Source: Mobula hypostoma
Lineage: Eukaryota
NCBI RefSeq assembly: GCF_963921235.1
Contig: NC_086101.1
Span: forward strand, 12,340,001-12,400,000
Direction: 5' to 3'
DNA: 60,000 nucleotides
The position numbers and the translations under genes were made by a program. The notes beneath the pieces were generated by a model. It saw only the letters and a program-made list of their open reading frames with translations. It searched no databases and was not told where the DNA came from. The stretch's first letter is position 1, and each line of letters starts with the position of its first letter. Shown piece after piece: positions 38,120 to 50,239 of this stretch.

Positions 38120-39513
38120 GGTTAAAGAGTTTTACGTAACCGGCAATGAATATTAATCGAGACAGGTTTTATAAAAACAACCGAACATTTATTAAACACG
38201 TATAAACGATAAGAGAAAAAAAAAGGAAAACTTTAACCGGAGAGTAACAGGTACTCAGTTGTTCACCAGCTCGCCACTCAGCTCTGGTTCTTAAAGCGTT
38301 AAATGCTGAAAACAGTTCTTAAAGCGATAACTTCCAAAGTCCAACAGGATTTACACGTTCAATTGGGAGACTTCTCTGGAGAACTATTTCTTCGCCGACA
38401 CACCTTTATTTCTGGTTCCGTCCACAGGATTCCCGATGCCGAAAATAAACAACACATCAAAGTTGCTGGTGAACGCAGCAGGCCAGGCAGCATCTCTAGG
38501 AAGAGGTACAGTCGACGTTTCAGGCCGAGACCCTTCGTCAGGACTAACTGAAGGAAGACTGAGTAAGGGATTTGGAAGTTGGAGAGGGAGGGGGAGATCC
38601 GAAATGATATTAGACAGGACAGGGAGAGATGGAGCCAAGAGCTGGACAGGTGATAGGCAAAAGGGATACGAGAGGGTCATGGGACAGGAGGTCCGGGAAG
38701 AAAGACAAGGGGGGGGGACCCCAGAGGATGGGCAACGGGTATATTCAGAGGGACAGAGGGAGAAAAAGGAGAGTGAGAGAAAGAATGTGTGTATAAAAAT
38801 AAATAACAGATGGGTACGGGGGAGGTGGGGCATTAGCGGAAGTTAGAGAAGTCAATGTTCATACCATCAGGTTGGAGGCTACCGAGACGGAATATAAGGT
38901 GTTGTTCCTCCAACCTGAGTGTGGCTTCATCTTTACAGTAGAGGAGGCCGTGGATAGACATGTCAGAATGGGAATGGGATGTGGAATTAACCGAAAATAA
39001 ACAGTTTAAATCAACTGACCTTAAATTCCTTTTAGAGAGAGAGCCTTTTTGCATGAACTCATTGCGCTTTTACAAGAGTTATCTCAATGCAGCTTCTCTT
39101 CAACGAAAACTCAATAAGGTCGATCCTTCATCAAACTGCCAAACGATGCCGACTTCTCTCGCTCCTTCACTTCGACGAATTCTTTACTCTCCCTTCAAAA
39201 CTGTCGGAATTGAGTAAATTGGCACTTCCAGCCACAAATTCCCAGTCCAAGTAATATGGAATCTTTGAACAGAACGTACAACCGTTTTAAAAATGAAACT
39301 GCGTCACAAAAACAAACGCAACAGAAACGGAGGCACAACTCACTCAACCCGAAAATCTACAAACTCAAAATCCTACTGCGTCGACCCTTATATAGTCACC
39401 GGGGGCATGTCATCACGTGACCTCACATCGGCGGGAAAATCACATCAGGTGACCTCCAAAAGACCGTTACAGCATTCTCGGAAAAAAACCCAGATCTCCT
39501 TGAGCACTTAACA
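38120..39513 (-). mobile_element. probable LTR-type repeat hosting a nested Penelope fragment
   Basis: gttaa...ttaaca ends; minus-strand AATAAA at about 38178 and TATA-like at about 39390; boundaries uncertain. Confidence 0.4.
38452..38990 (-). mobile_element. Penelope-like element 3' fragment with 13-bp TSD and intact hammerhead motif
   Basis: ccgaaaataaaca duplicated at 38439-38451 and 38991-39003; GIY-YIG C-terminus [36 protein letters not shown]; hammerhead motif at 38509-38546. Confidence 0.85.
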
Positions 39514-39520
39514 GAGCAGA

Positions 39521-39926
39521 CAGGATTGTGTGAGGAATGTCAGGAAGAGGAGTCAGTAGACCATGTAGTTTTGTGTTGCAGGAAGTATGGGATACAGAGA
39601 GAGATGATGAGAAATAAATTAAGGGAGTTGGGGATGCAGGAATTCACATTAAAAGGGTTGCTGGGCATGGGTGAGAGAGCACAAGTCCGGGTATTTTTAG
39701 CGTTTTTAAGGGGTACAGGGGTTTTTTATAGAATATGACGAATAAACTAGGATGGTCAAAGATGGGAGGGTGAAGTGTAGGTTTGTGTGTGTGTGTGTGT
39801 GCCCGTGCACGATTGGGTAAAGGGCTTTAGAATGTATGTCTAGTACACATTCTGGAGCAGAGGGTGGCGGTAATGCACCATTAAACTGGATGCCAACCGC
39901 CGTAAAACAAGATACAGACAGACAGA
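39521..39926 (+). mobile_element. Nimb/I-clade LINE 3' fragment with about 16-bp TSD
   Basis: cacttaacagagcaga at 39505-39520 and 39927-39942; CCHC motif CEECQEEESVDHVVLCC; 3' motif ggtggcggtaatgcacc; (GACA)n tail. Confidence 0.75.
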
Positions 39927-40814
39927 CACTTAACAGAGCAGAGTACCCCTGTGGTCATTCCCCCTCAACAATAGGTATATCATTTTGGATGCCATCGGGG
40001 TGACCTAACAGTAGTCGGGTCCCTGACGGGATCCTGGATGGTGTGTGCCTCTTGGGAGCCAAAGTCCGGGATACTGTATCTCAGATTCAGTCCTCGACAT
40101 TAAGTGGGAGGGTGAACAGCCAGAAGTTGTGGTCCGTGTTAGGTACCAATGACATGGCTAGGTCCAATGACGAGGTTCTGCGAAGGGAGTGTGGTGCTAA
40201 GTTAAAGAGCAGGGCCTTCAGGGTTCTGATCTCAGGATTGCCACCCGTGCCACGTGCTGGTGAGGCCAGAACTAGGAAGATTATACAATTTAATATGTGG
40301 CTCAGGAGTTGGTGTAGGAGGTAGGGCATAACATTTTTGGATCATTAGGCTCTCTTCCAGGGGAGATGGGACCTGTACAGAAGGGATAGTTTGCACCTGA
40401 ACTGGAGGGGGACTAATATCCTATTTGGAAGGTTTGATAATGCTGCACAGGGTTTAAACTAGAGTTGTAGGGGATGGGATCCAAAGTGCTAGAACAGTTA
40501 GTGCAGAGTTTGTGGAGGCAGTTGTTGGTGAGCCACAGTTAGGAATCAAGTGGTTGAGCATGGTGAGACTAGTGTCCTGAGCTGCGTCTATTTCCATGCA
40601 AGAAATATCGTAGGAAAGATGAATAATATGCTGAAGATCAGGTAGCTGGTTTGCAAACAGAGGCATTGTGCAGTGAGGGGAAGCTGTTGATGGGGCAAAA
40701 TTACAGTCAGCTGGATGAACAACACACACAGATTGTTGGAGGAACTCAGCAGGCCAGGCAGCCTCTACAGAAAAGAGTACAGTAGATGTTTTGGGCTGAA
40801 ACCCTACTAGATAA

Positions 40815-41445
40815 GTTTTTTATTAGCAAAATATACGTTATTCACAAAATTATTTACAAGAATAAACCATTCAATAACTCTGCATTCTTTACAGACATTG
40901 TCAATCCTTTGTACACAGTGTAAAATAATTCTGCTCCTCTTGTGGCACCCTGGGGGTTCATTTCAGGCAATACAACCGCAATTGAGGGGCTTCTCCCCAC
41001 CCCCCAGCCACTCCCTAAACCGTGGTCCTTCCTCTCAGGTGGCTTCAGTGCGACCCTCGGCACATACTCCTGCAGCCTGGAATGTGCCAGTTGGCAGAAT
41101 TCTTCCACGGGGATACCACCGTTTCAGAATGACCAAGAGAATTTTTTCGCCGAGCTGATGATCTGTCAGCTTGATGTTTGTCTCCGTGTGCGTCCCTGGG
41201 AGCGGCCTGCAGATCAGAGGGTTGTCTACAACGCAGCTGCCTGCCGGGGATGAAACCTGACAGAAGCCCTTTCATCTTCTCTGTGAACCCACAGTGTGAA
41301 AAGAGGTGGGTTACTGATTCATCTCCACTGCAGTCCTCCCACGGGCAGGGGGTTGTGGAGATGATATTACGGGCATACAGGAGGGTTCTGACTGAGAGGG
41401 CTCCCCTCACTGCTGGCAAGGCTAGGTTTTGGTGGTCAACAAGAT
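40815..41445 (-). mobile_element. L1/Tx1-clade LINE 3' fragment
   Basis: AVRGAL.VR..LYAR...CPWEDCSGDESVTHLFSHC (CCHC) and an A-rich 3' end; same 3' UTR as 51765-51872. Confidence 0.65.
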
Positions 41446-41451
41446 GAGTTT

Positions 41452-42111
41452 TTAGATTAGGTTATGAGGACACTCAGTCCTCGTTTATTGTCATTTAGAA
41501 ATGCATGCATTAAAAATGATACAATGTTCCTCCAGAAAGATATCACAGAAACACAGGACAAACCAAGACTAAAACTGACAAAACCACATAATTATAACAT
41601 ATAGTTACAACAGTGCAAAGCAATACCGTAATTTGATACAGAGCAGACCACGGGCACGGTAAAAAAAAAGTCTCAAGTCCCGATAGCCCCATCATCTCAC
41701 ACAGACGGTAGAAGGGAGAAACTCTCCCTGCCATAAACTCCAAGTGCCGCAAACTTGCCGATGCATTCGAAGCACCCGACCGCAGCCGACACTCAGTCCG
41801 TCCGAAAACTTTGAGCCTCCGACTAGCCCTCCGACACCAAGTACCATCCTCTGCCGAGCGCTTCGACCCTGCCCTGGCCGCCGAGCAACAGGCAAAGCCG
41901 AGGATTCGGGGCCTTCCCCTCTGGAGATTCTGGATCACACAGTAGCAACGGCAGCGAAGCAGGCATTTCAGAAGTTTCACCAGATGTTCCTCCGTGCTCT
42001 CACATCTGTCTCCATCAAATCAGGATTGTGCTCAGCACCCTACTTGACAGATAACAGACATCACCACCGGAGTGGCCGCTGCGAGCTGCGTCGCGCCGCC
42101 ATCTTCTCCTC
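41452..42111 (-). mobile_element. About 650-bp non-autonomous retroelement family, copy 3 (most complete)
   Basis: 5' GAGGAGAAGATGGCGGCGCGACGC...3' aataaacgaggactgagtgtcctcataacctaatctaa. Confidence 0.7.
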
Positions 42112-44170
42112 TCCCCTGAAACCTAAAAGGGAGACAAAATCAAAAAGAGTGAACACAGGACTGGAAGAGTTGTATCTGAATGTGCGCAGTATATGGAATA
42201 AGGTAGATGAACTTGCAGCACAGTTGCAGGTTGGCAGGTATGATGGTGTTGGCATCACTGAATCATGGCTGAAAGATTACAGCTGGGAGCTTGATGTCCA
42301 AGGACACACGTATCAAAAGGACAGGCAGGAAGGCAGATGGGGAGGTGTTGCTCTTTTGGTAAAAAATGAAGTCAAATCATTAGGAAGAGATTGGAAGGTG
42401 TTGAATCATCGTGGACAGGGCTGAGGAACTGAAAGGGTAAAAAGTCCCTGATGGGAGTTGTATACAGACCCCAAACAGTACTGAGGATGTGGCCAACAAA
42501 CTACAACAGGAGATAGAAAATCAGGTTGGTGCTGGATTGCAGGAGCGGTAATTTCTTGAGAGCCCATGAGATAGCTTTTTGGAGCAGCTTGTGGCTGAGC
42601 CCATTAGGTGATCAGCTATTCTGATCTGGGTATTGTGTGATGAACCAGAATTGATAAGAGAACTTAAGGTAAAAGAACCTTCAGGGGAAAGTAATCATAA
42701 AATGATTGAATTCACACTGGAATTTAAGAAGGAGAAGCTAAAGTCAGACGTATCAGTATCACAGTGGAATAATGGGAATTACAGAGGCATGAGAGAGGAG
42801 CTGGCCAGAATTGATTGGAATAGAACTCTGGGTTGATAGCAGAGCAGCAATGGCTGGAATTTCTAGAAGCAATTTGGAATACATATGATATTTACATCAC
42901 AAAGAGGAAGCACTATTCTGAAGGGAAGATTACAGAACCGTGGCTAACAAGAGAAGTCAAAGCCAACATAAAAGCCAAAGAGGGGGCATAAAATCGAGCA
43001 AAAATTAGCAGGAAATTAGAGGATTAGGAAACTCTTAAAACCAACTCAAGGCAACTAAAAAGTCTTTAAGAAGGTAAAGCTGGAATACAAAAGTATGCTA
43101 GCCAATCATATTAAAGAGGATACCAAAAGTTTCTTCAGATACTTAAAGCATAAAAGGGAGGTGAAAGTGGATATTAGACCAGTGGAAAACAATGCTGGAG
43201 AGGTAGTAATAGGCGACAACAAAATAGCGGATGAACTGATTAAGAATTTTGCATCAGTCTTCACAGTGAAACACACTAGCAGTATGGTGGAAGTTCCATA
43301 TGTCAGGGGCCATGAAGTGTGTGAAGTTACCATAACTAGAGAGAAGGTTCTTAGGAAAGTGAAAGGTCTGAGGTCACCTGGATCAGATGGTGTACACCCC
43401 AGAGTTCTGAAAGAGATTGTGGAGGCATTAGTAATGATCCTTCAAGAATCATTAGATTCTGCAATGGTTCCATAAAGGAGACTGGAAAATTGCAAACGTC
43501 ATTTTACTCTCCAAGAAGGGAGAGAAGCAGAAGAAAGGAAACTATAGGCCAGTTAGTCTGACTTCAGTGGTTGGGAAGATATTGGAGTGGATTATTAAGG
43601 ATGAGGTCTCAGGGTAGTTGGAGGAACATGATAAAATAGGCCAAAGTCAGCATAGTTTCCTGAAGGGAAAATCTTGCCTGAGAAATTTGTTGGAATTCTT
43701 TGAAGAAATAATAAGCAGGATGGATTAGACAAAGGAGGATCCATTGATGCTGTGCAGTTGGATTTTCAGAAGGCCTTTAACAAGGTGCCATACATGAGGC
43801 TGCTTAGCAAGCTACAAGCCCGTGGCATTACACAAAATATAAAACAGCAGCTGATTGTCAGGAGGCAAAGAGAGAGAATGAAGGGGTCTGTGTTGCGACC
43901 GATTCTTTTTACATTGTATATCAATGATCTGGATGATGGAATTGATGCAAAGTTTGCAGATGACATGAAGATGGGTGGAGGGCGGCAGTACTAGAGAGGC
44001 GACAGAAGGACTTAGACAGATCAGAGAATGGGGCAAAGAAATGGCAGGTGGGATACAGAGTTGGGAAGTGTATGGTCGGGCACTTTGGTAAAAGAAATAA
44101 AAAGGTTGACTATTTTCTAAATGGAGAGAAAATACCAAAAAAAACTTAAGTGCAAAGGGACTTTGAAGTC

Positions 44171-45101
44171 TGTCATGTACCCTGTAACTGGGTTGCCAAA
44201 CCAGCAGAAATGGACCACTCAGTTGGAGTCTGGATTACTGGAACTAAGAAAGTTTTATTAAAGAAATAAGCAACACAGTACTCTAATCAAAAGGATAATA
44301 AATGCAACAGTTCAGCAATGATAAACACACATGTACACAGAATTAAGATAACAGGATCAATCAAGCTCTATCGTCGTCTAGGGGTAAATGACCAGTTTCA
44401 AAGTGACGCAAAGTTCAGTTCAATGGAATTCAGTTCAGTTCACAGTAATCACTGCCGTGGTGATGGACAGGGGGGTGGGGGGAGGAGAGAGAGAGGGTGA
44501 AAGCGAATGAATATTCAAAACGGCTTCCACACAGACCTTCGATATTCCCTGCAGTCAGCTTTCGGGCGAGCCCTTTGTAATGTCTTCTGAGATCACTGAC
44601 TGTGACCCCTCTGTTTCAGATACGATCGTTCCTCAGCAGTGAACCCGGCACCCAGGCAAGGGCGGACACACACCAGGTTCCCGCCGATCGTACCTTTCCA
44701 CCCTGTGCGTCTATGGCTTGTTCCCGCAACCAGCCCTCCAAAACTCCCACCGACTTGTGGGAGGCGCACCGCTTCCAGGGTCTCGTTACCTCGTGGTGTC
44801 GTGTGTGTCTGCCTTTGCGAACCTGTCCCTTTTTATCCCCCTGCTGGGGTATCGCCTGTCCATCACTTCAAACAGTTCAGGGTTCAAAAAGGAGCCGATC
44901 TTGACAGCTCTCAGACCGGTGTCTCCTTCCGTTAAACTCTCTTGTCTCTTCATTAACATTTCCAAATGCTGCTCCATTGTCTTCCTTATCTCTCTTTCTC
45001 CTGAAGACAGGTGGCAGATCAACTGTTGATCCCACTGGTGCCAGCACAGGACAGTTAACATCTTAATCTATGTGTACTTTTTGTAACCCTCTTTCATCAC
45101 A
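44171..45101 (-). mobile_element. solo LTR (931 bp) with 4-bp TSD
   Basis: agtc|TGTCA...TCACA|agtc; interrupts a CR1 RT frame (VQRD..V|LV.DF.K) that rejoins across it; minus-strand AATAAA at about 44254. Confidence 0.85.
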
Positions 45102-45881
45102 AGTCCTTGTGTAGGATTTCATGAAGCTTATTTTGCAGGTTGAGGCAAATGTGTGGGGACCAAGTACACAGTATGTGCTGAGGTTCTACTGCTGTTACTA
45201 CCAATCGTCATTGCCAGATTCTCCCCCAAGGCAGCTAGTTATACATTTTGGAGGACGATGCTGGAGCTGCTGGCAAAGACCAACATTACTCATCTGTCCA
45301 TCTTGAGGATTGGTCACATTCTTGAAGGATCACAGGCCTTGCAACAGAGTAATCCCATGCTTAACCTGTGATGACGATGAGGTGTTAACAAATCAGATCC
45401 AAAAACATGGTGTGGTGGAAATTGGAAAGAAGATAACACTGGGAAAGGGAGGATGAGGAAGGGTCATTCAGTTATATACTTTAACACCCATAAATTGATG
45501 ACTTTGAAGTGCTAAAAGCAAAAGGGCAAATTTTCATGCCCATCTGCCCTGATATTGAAATAAAGTTACAGCCAATTTAAGAAGTAAAAGACTTATTCAA
45601 AGCATATAACAAGATATTTAAAACTGTACAAAATTTACATTCCAAAACTAGATGACATAAAAAAAATTAAAAATACCCCAATACAGAAAACCTGAGCAAT
45701 GTAAATCAGTAGATCCAGATACCGATGTTTACAATTAGTACATCACAGCCAGATTCAGGACATTGACATGACCCAGTGGTGTTACAGTGAAGACTATTCC
45801 CAAGTGCCAACATCAGCATCAGACCCACTGAAGTGTCCAGAGAGCTCAAACCGTGAAAGCCCCAGACAGTCACATTTACAG

Positions 45882-48800
45882 TTAATCCACCTCCTCAATA
45901 GTTGGTCCGGCAGAACTGGCATTCCCAGCCTGTGCCCTGCACGATTCCCCTGTGGCTGCTCCTTGGTACAGTTTGGCAATGATGGGATTGCAGATTTGTT
46001 CCAGCTCTTTCTGCTTGTGCTCAAACTCCTCCTTCTCTGCCATCTGATTCTTCTCCAGCCAGGATATAGAAACATAGAAACATAGAAACATAGAAAATAG
46101 GTGCAGGAGTAGGCCATTCGGCCCTTCGAGCCTGCACTGCCATTTATTATGATCATGGCTGATCATCCAACTCAGAACCCAGCCTTCCCTCCATACCCCC
46201 TGACCCCTGTAGCCACAAGGGCCATATCTAACTCCCTCTTAAACATAGCCAATGAACTGGCCTCAACAGTTTGCTGTGGCAGAGAATTCCACAGATTCAC
46301 CACTCTCTGTGTGAAGAAGTTTTTCCTAATCTCGGTCCTAAAAGGCTTCCCCTCTATCCTCAAACTGTGACCCCTCGTTCTGGACCTCCCCAACATCGGG
46401 AACAATCTTCCCGCATCTAGCCTGTCCAATCCCTTTAGGATCTTATACGTTTCAATCAGATCCCCCCTCAATCTTCTAAATTCCAACGAGTACAAGCCCA
46501 GTTCATCCAGTCTTTCTTCATATGAAAGACCTGCCATCCCAGGAATCAATCTGGTGAACCTTCTTTGTACTCCCTCTATGGCAAAGATGTCTTTCCTCAG
46601 ATTAGGGGACCAAAACTGCACACAATACTCCAGGTGTGGTCTCACCAAGGCCTTGTACAACTGCAGTAGTACCTCCCTGCTCCTGTACTCGAATCCTCTC
46701 GCTATAAATGCCAGCATACCATTCGCCTTTTTCACCGCCTGCTGTACCTGCATGCCCACTTTCAATGACTGGTGTATAATGACACCCAGGTCTCGTTGCA
46801 CCTCCCCTTTTCCTAATCGGCCACCATTCAGATAATAATCTGTTTTCCTATTTTTGCCACCAAAGTGGATAACTTCACATTTATCCACATTAAATTGCAT
46901 CTGCCATGAGTTTGCCCACTCACCCAACCTATCCAAGTCACTCTGCATCCTCTTAGCATCCTCCTCACTGCTAACACTGCCACCCAGCTTCGTGTCATCC
47001 GCAAACTTGGAGATGCTGCATTTAATTCCCTCATCCAAGTCATTAATATATATTGTAAACAACTGGGGTCCCAGCACTGAGCCTTGCGGTACCCCACTAG
47101 TCACCGCCTGCCATTCTGAAAAGGTCCCGTTTATTCCCACTCTTTGCTTCCTCTCTGCTAACCAATTCTCCACCCACACCAATACCTTACCCCCAATACC
47201 GTGTGCTTTAAGTTTGCACACTAATCTCCTGTGTGGGACCTTGTCAAAAGCCTTTTGAAAATCCAAATATACCACATCCACTGGTTCTCCCCTATCCACT
47301 CTACTAGTTACATCCTCAAAAAATTCTATGAGATTCGTCAGACATGATTTTCCTTTCACAAATCCATGCTGACTTTGTCCGATGATTTCACCGCTTTCCA
47401 AATGTGCTGTTATCACATCCTTGATAACTGACTCCAGCAGTTTCCCCACCACCGACGTTAGGCTAACCGGCCTATAATTCCCCGGTTTCTCTCTCCCTCC
47501 TTTTTTAAAAAGTGGGGTTACATTAGCCACCCTCCAATCCTCAGGAACTAGTCCAGAATCTAACGAGTTTTGAAAAATTATCACTAATGCATCCACTATT
47601 TCTTGGGCTACTTCCTTAAGCACTCTGGGATGCAGACCATCTGGCCCTGGGGATTTATCTGCCTTCAATCCCTTCAATTTACCTAACACCACTTCCCTAC
47701 TAACATGTATTTCACTCAGTTCCTCCATCTCACTGGACCCTCTGTCCCTTACTATTTCTGGAAGATTATTTATGTCCTCCTTAGTGAAGACAGAACCAAA
47801 GTAATTATTCAATTGGTCTGCCATGTCCTTGCTCCCCATAATCAATTCACCTGTTTCTGTCTACATTTGTCTTTACCAGTCTTTTCCTTTTTACATATCT
47901 ATAAAAGCTTTTACAGTCCGTTTTTATGTTCTCTGCCAGTTTTCTCTCATAATCTTTTTTCCCCTTCCTAATTAAGCCCTTTGTCCTCCTCTGCTGAACT
48001 CTGAATTTCTCCCAGTCCTCAGGTGAGCCACTTTCTCTGGCTAATTTGTATGCTACTTCTTTGGAATTGATACTATCCCTAATTTCTCTTGTCAGCCACA
48101 GGTGCACTACCTTCCTTGATTTATTCTTTTGCCAAACTGGGATGAACAATTGTTGTAGTTCATCCATGCAACCTTTAAATGCTTGCCATTGCATATCCAC
48201 CGTCAATCCTTTAAGTGTCATTTGCCAGTCTATCTTAGCTAATTCACGTCTCATACCTTCAAAGTTACCCCTCTTTAAGTTCAGAACCTTTGTTTCTGAA
48301 TTAACTATGTCACTCTCCATGTTAATGAAGAATTCCACCATATTATGGTCACTCTTACCCAAGGGGCCTCTCACGACAAGATCGCTAATTAACCCTTCCT
48401 CATTGCTCAAAACCCAGTCCAGAATAGCCTGCTCTCTAGTTGGTTCCTCGACATGTTGGTTCAAAAAACCATCCCGCATACATTCCAAGAAATCCTCTTC
48501 CTCAGCACCTTTACCAATTTGGTTCACCCAGTCTACATGTAGATTGAAGTCACCCATTATAACTGCTGTTCCTTTATTGCACACATTTCTAATTTCCTGT
48601 TTAATACCATCTCCAACCTTACTACTACTGTTAGGTGGCCTGTACACAACTCCCACCAGCATCTTCTGCCCCTTAGTGTTACGCAGCTCTACCCATATTG
48701 ATTCCACATCTTCCCGGCTTATGTCCTTCCTTTCTATTGCGTTAATCTCTTTTTTAACCAGCAACGCCACCCCACCTCCCCTTCCTTCATGTCTATCCCT

Positions 48801-49260
48801 CCTGAATATTGAATATCCCTGAACGTTGAGCTCCCATCCCTGGTCACCCTGGAGCCATGTCTCTGTGATCCCAACTATATCATAATCATTAATAACAATC
48901 TGCACTTTCAATTCATCCACCTTATTACGAATGCTTCTTGCATTGACACATAAAGCCTTCAGGCGCTCTTTTACAACTCTCTTAGCCCTTTTTAATGCTT
49001 GCCCTGGATTTGTCGGCCTGCCACTTTTACTTTTCTCCTTTGTACTTTTTGCTTCTACGCTCACTTTTCACCCCTCTGTCCCTCTGCACTGGTTCCCATC
49101 CCTCTGTTGTGAACTAACCTCCTCACACCTAGCCTCTTTAATTTGATTCCCACCCCCCAACCATTCTAGTTTATTGTCTGGTTGCACAGGTCAATGACTT
49201 TCCTCTTGTCCTCAGCACTGATCTTTCCGGCCATCTTCTCATCCTCCACAGAGCCCTTCA
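45882..49260 (-). pseudogene. hsp70: HSP70 pseudogene: only the last ~90 codons remain (49175-49260 and 45882-46067), split by a CR1
   Basis: [89 protein letters not shown], nearly identical to 54445-54716; homology stops at 49260; polyA signal reads AATAAG (45592-45597). Confidence 0.92.
46068..49171 (-). mobile_element. Young CR1 LINE: complete ORF2 (APE plus RT) with one frameshift, 5'-truncated at the end of ORF1
   Basis: ORF 47847-49064 (NARSIRNK, GITETWL, GDFN, SDH) and ORF 46172-47845 (RT, FADD); (ttctatgt)n tail; 3-bp 'tat' duplication at 46065-46067 and 49172-49174. Confidence 0.95.
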
Positions 49261-50239
49261 AGTCATTTATTGTCCTTAGGATGACTTCAGATTTACTACC
49301 ACGTAAAAATTCAGTGTCCACATGTTGTCGTTGCGCAGTACAAGTCTTTGCTCACACTGGTCATTACAAATTAGGGGGAACGTTGAGTTGAGGTGCTGAA
49401 CAAAATGTTCCCCCCAATTCAAATGCTAGATGTTGTGACAGCCCCTGTCTCCACGATCTCAGAGGACCTGCCCTGGACCTTTCATATAAATCTAATTGTA
49501 AAGAAAGTTTCTACTTCCTTAGGAGTCCGCAGAGATTTGTCTTGTTATCAAAAACCTTGACAAACTTCTATAGATGTGTAGTGGGAAGTGTGTTGAGTAT
49601 GCATCATGGCCTGATATGGGAACACCAATGCCTTTGAATGGAAAATTAGAATTAGAATCAGAATCAGGTTTATTATCACAGGTCAGTGTTGTGAAATTCA
49701 TTAACTTAGTAGCTAGTAGCTTAGTTAACTTGTATTTCAATGCAATACATAATATAGAAAATAAATACATAGGTAAATCAATTACAGTAAGTCTATATAT
49801 ATGTATTTAATAGTTCAAAAATAGTGCAAAACAGAAATTATATGTATAAATGGTGTAGTGTTCATGGGTTCCATGACCATTTACAGATCAGATTGCAGTG
49901 GGGAAGAAGCTGTTCCTGAATTGCTGATAATAAATTTTACTTTGAACTTTGAAAGTTTCCAGATTCCAACCACCCTCTGGGAGATGAAGTTCACTCTCAG
50001 GCCCCACTAACCCTCATTCCTAAACTCTGGTTTGAACTCGGCTGTCCACTGGGTAAACAATGACCCTGTCCACACTACCTGGGCCTCTCTCTCCCAGTTA
50101 TGATCATCTTTACCCTCCCCAAAGAAAACAAATCTAACCTGACCCGTCCCTGGATTTCTGCCAATTGTCGGGGGATGGAGGCAAAACCCAATACAGTAGC
50201 TTGAAAATTGATGAGAAACACGTATAGATGAAATTAAGA

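Larger units (their letters stand above)
39943..45148 (+). mobile_element. Old degenerate CR1 LINE (ORF1 SGNH-esterase remnant plus ORF2) interrupted by at least four insertions
   Basis: CLLGAKVRD..GTNDM..VLISGLPPVP (ORF1); LYLNVRSIWNK..VGITESWL (APE); SPGSDGVHPRVLKE, LDFQKAF, KFADD; frame resumes after the solo LTR at about 45106. Confidence 0.85.

Noticed and set aside
41744..42424. 226-aa ORF ending in an APE-like sequence
   Set aside because: Chance read-through from the antisense 650-bp repeat into a degenerate CR1
45882..46166. 94-aa ORF ending in EEVD as a novel small chaperone
   Set aside because: Chimera of the CR1 3' tail and the HSP70 relic; no promoter evidence and a degenerate polyA signal
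48046..48822. 258-aa plus-strand ORF
   Set aside because: Antisense to the CR1 endonuclease frame
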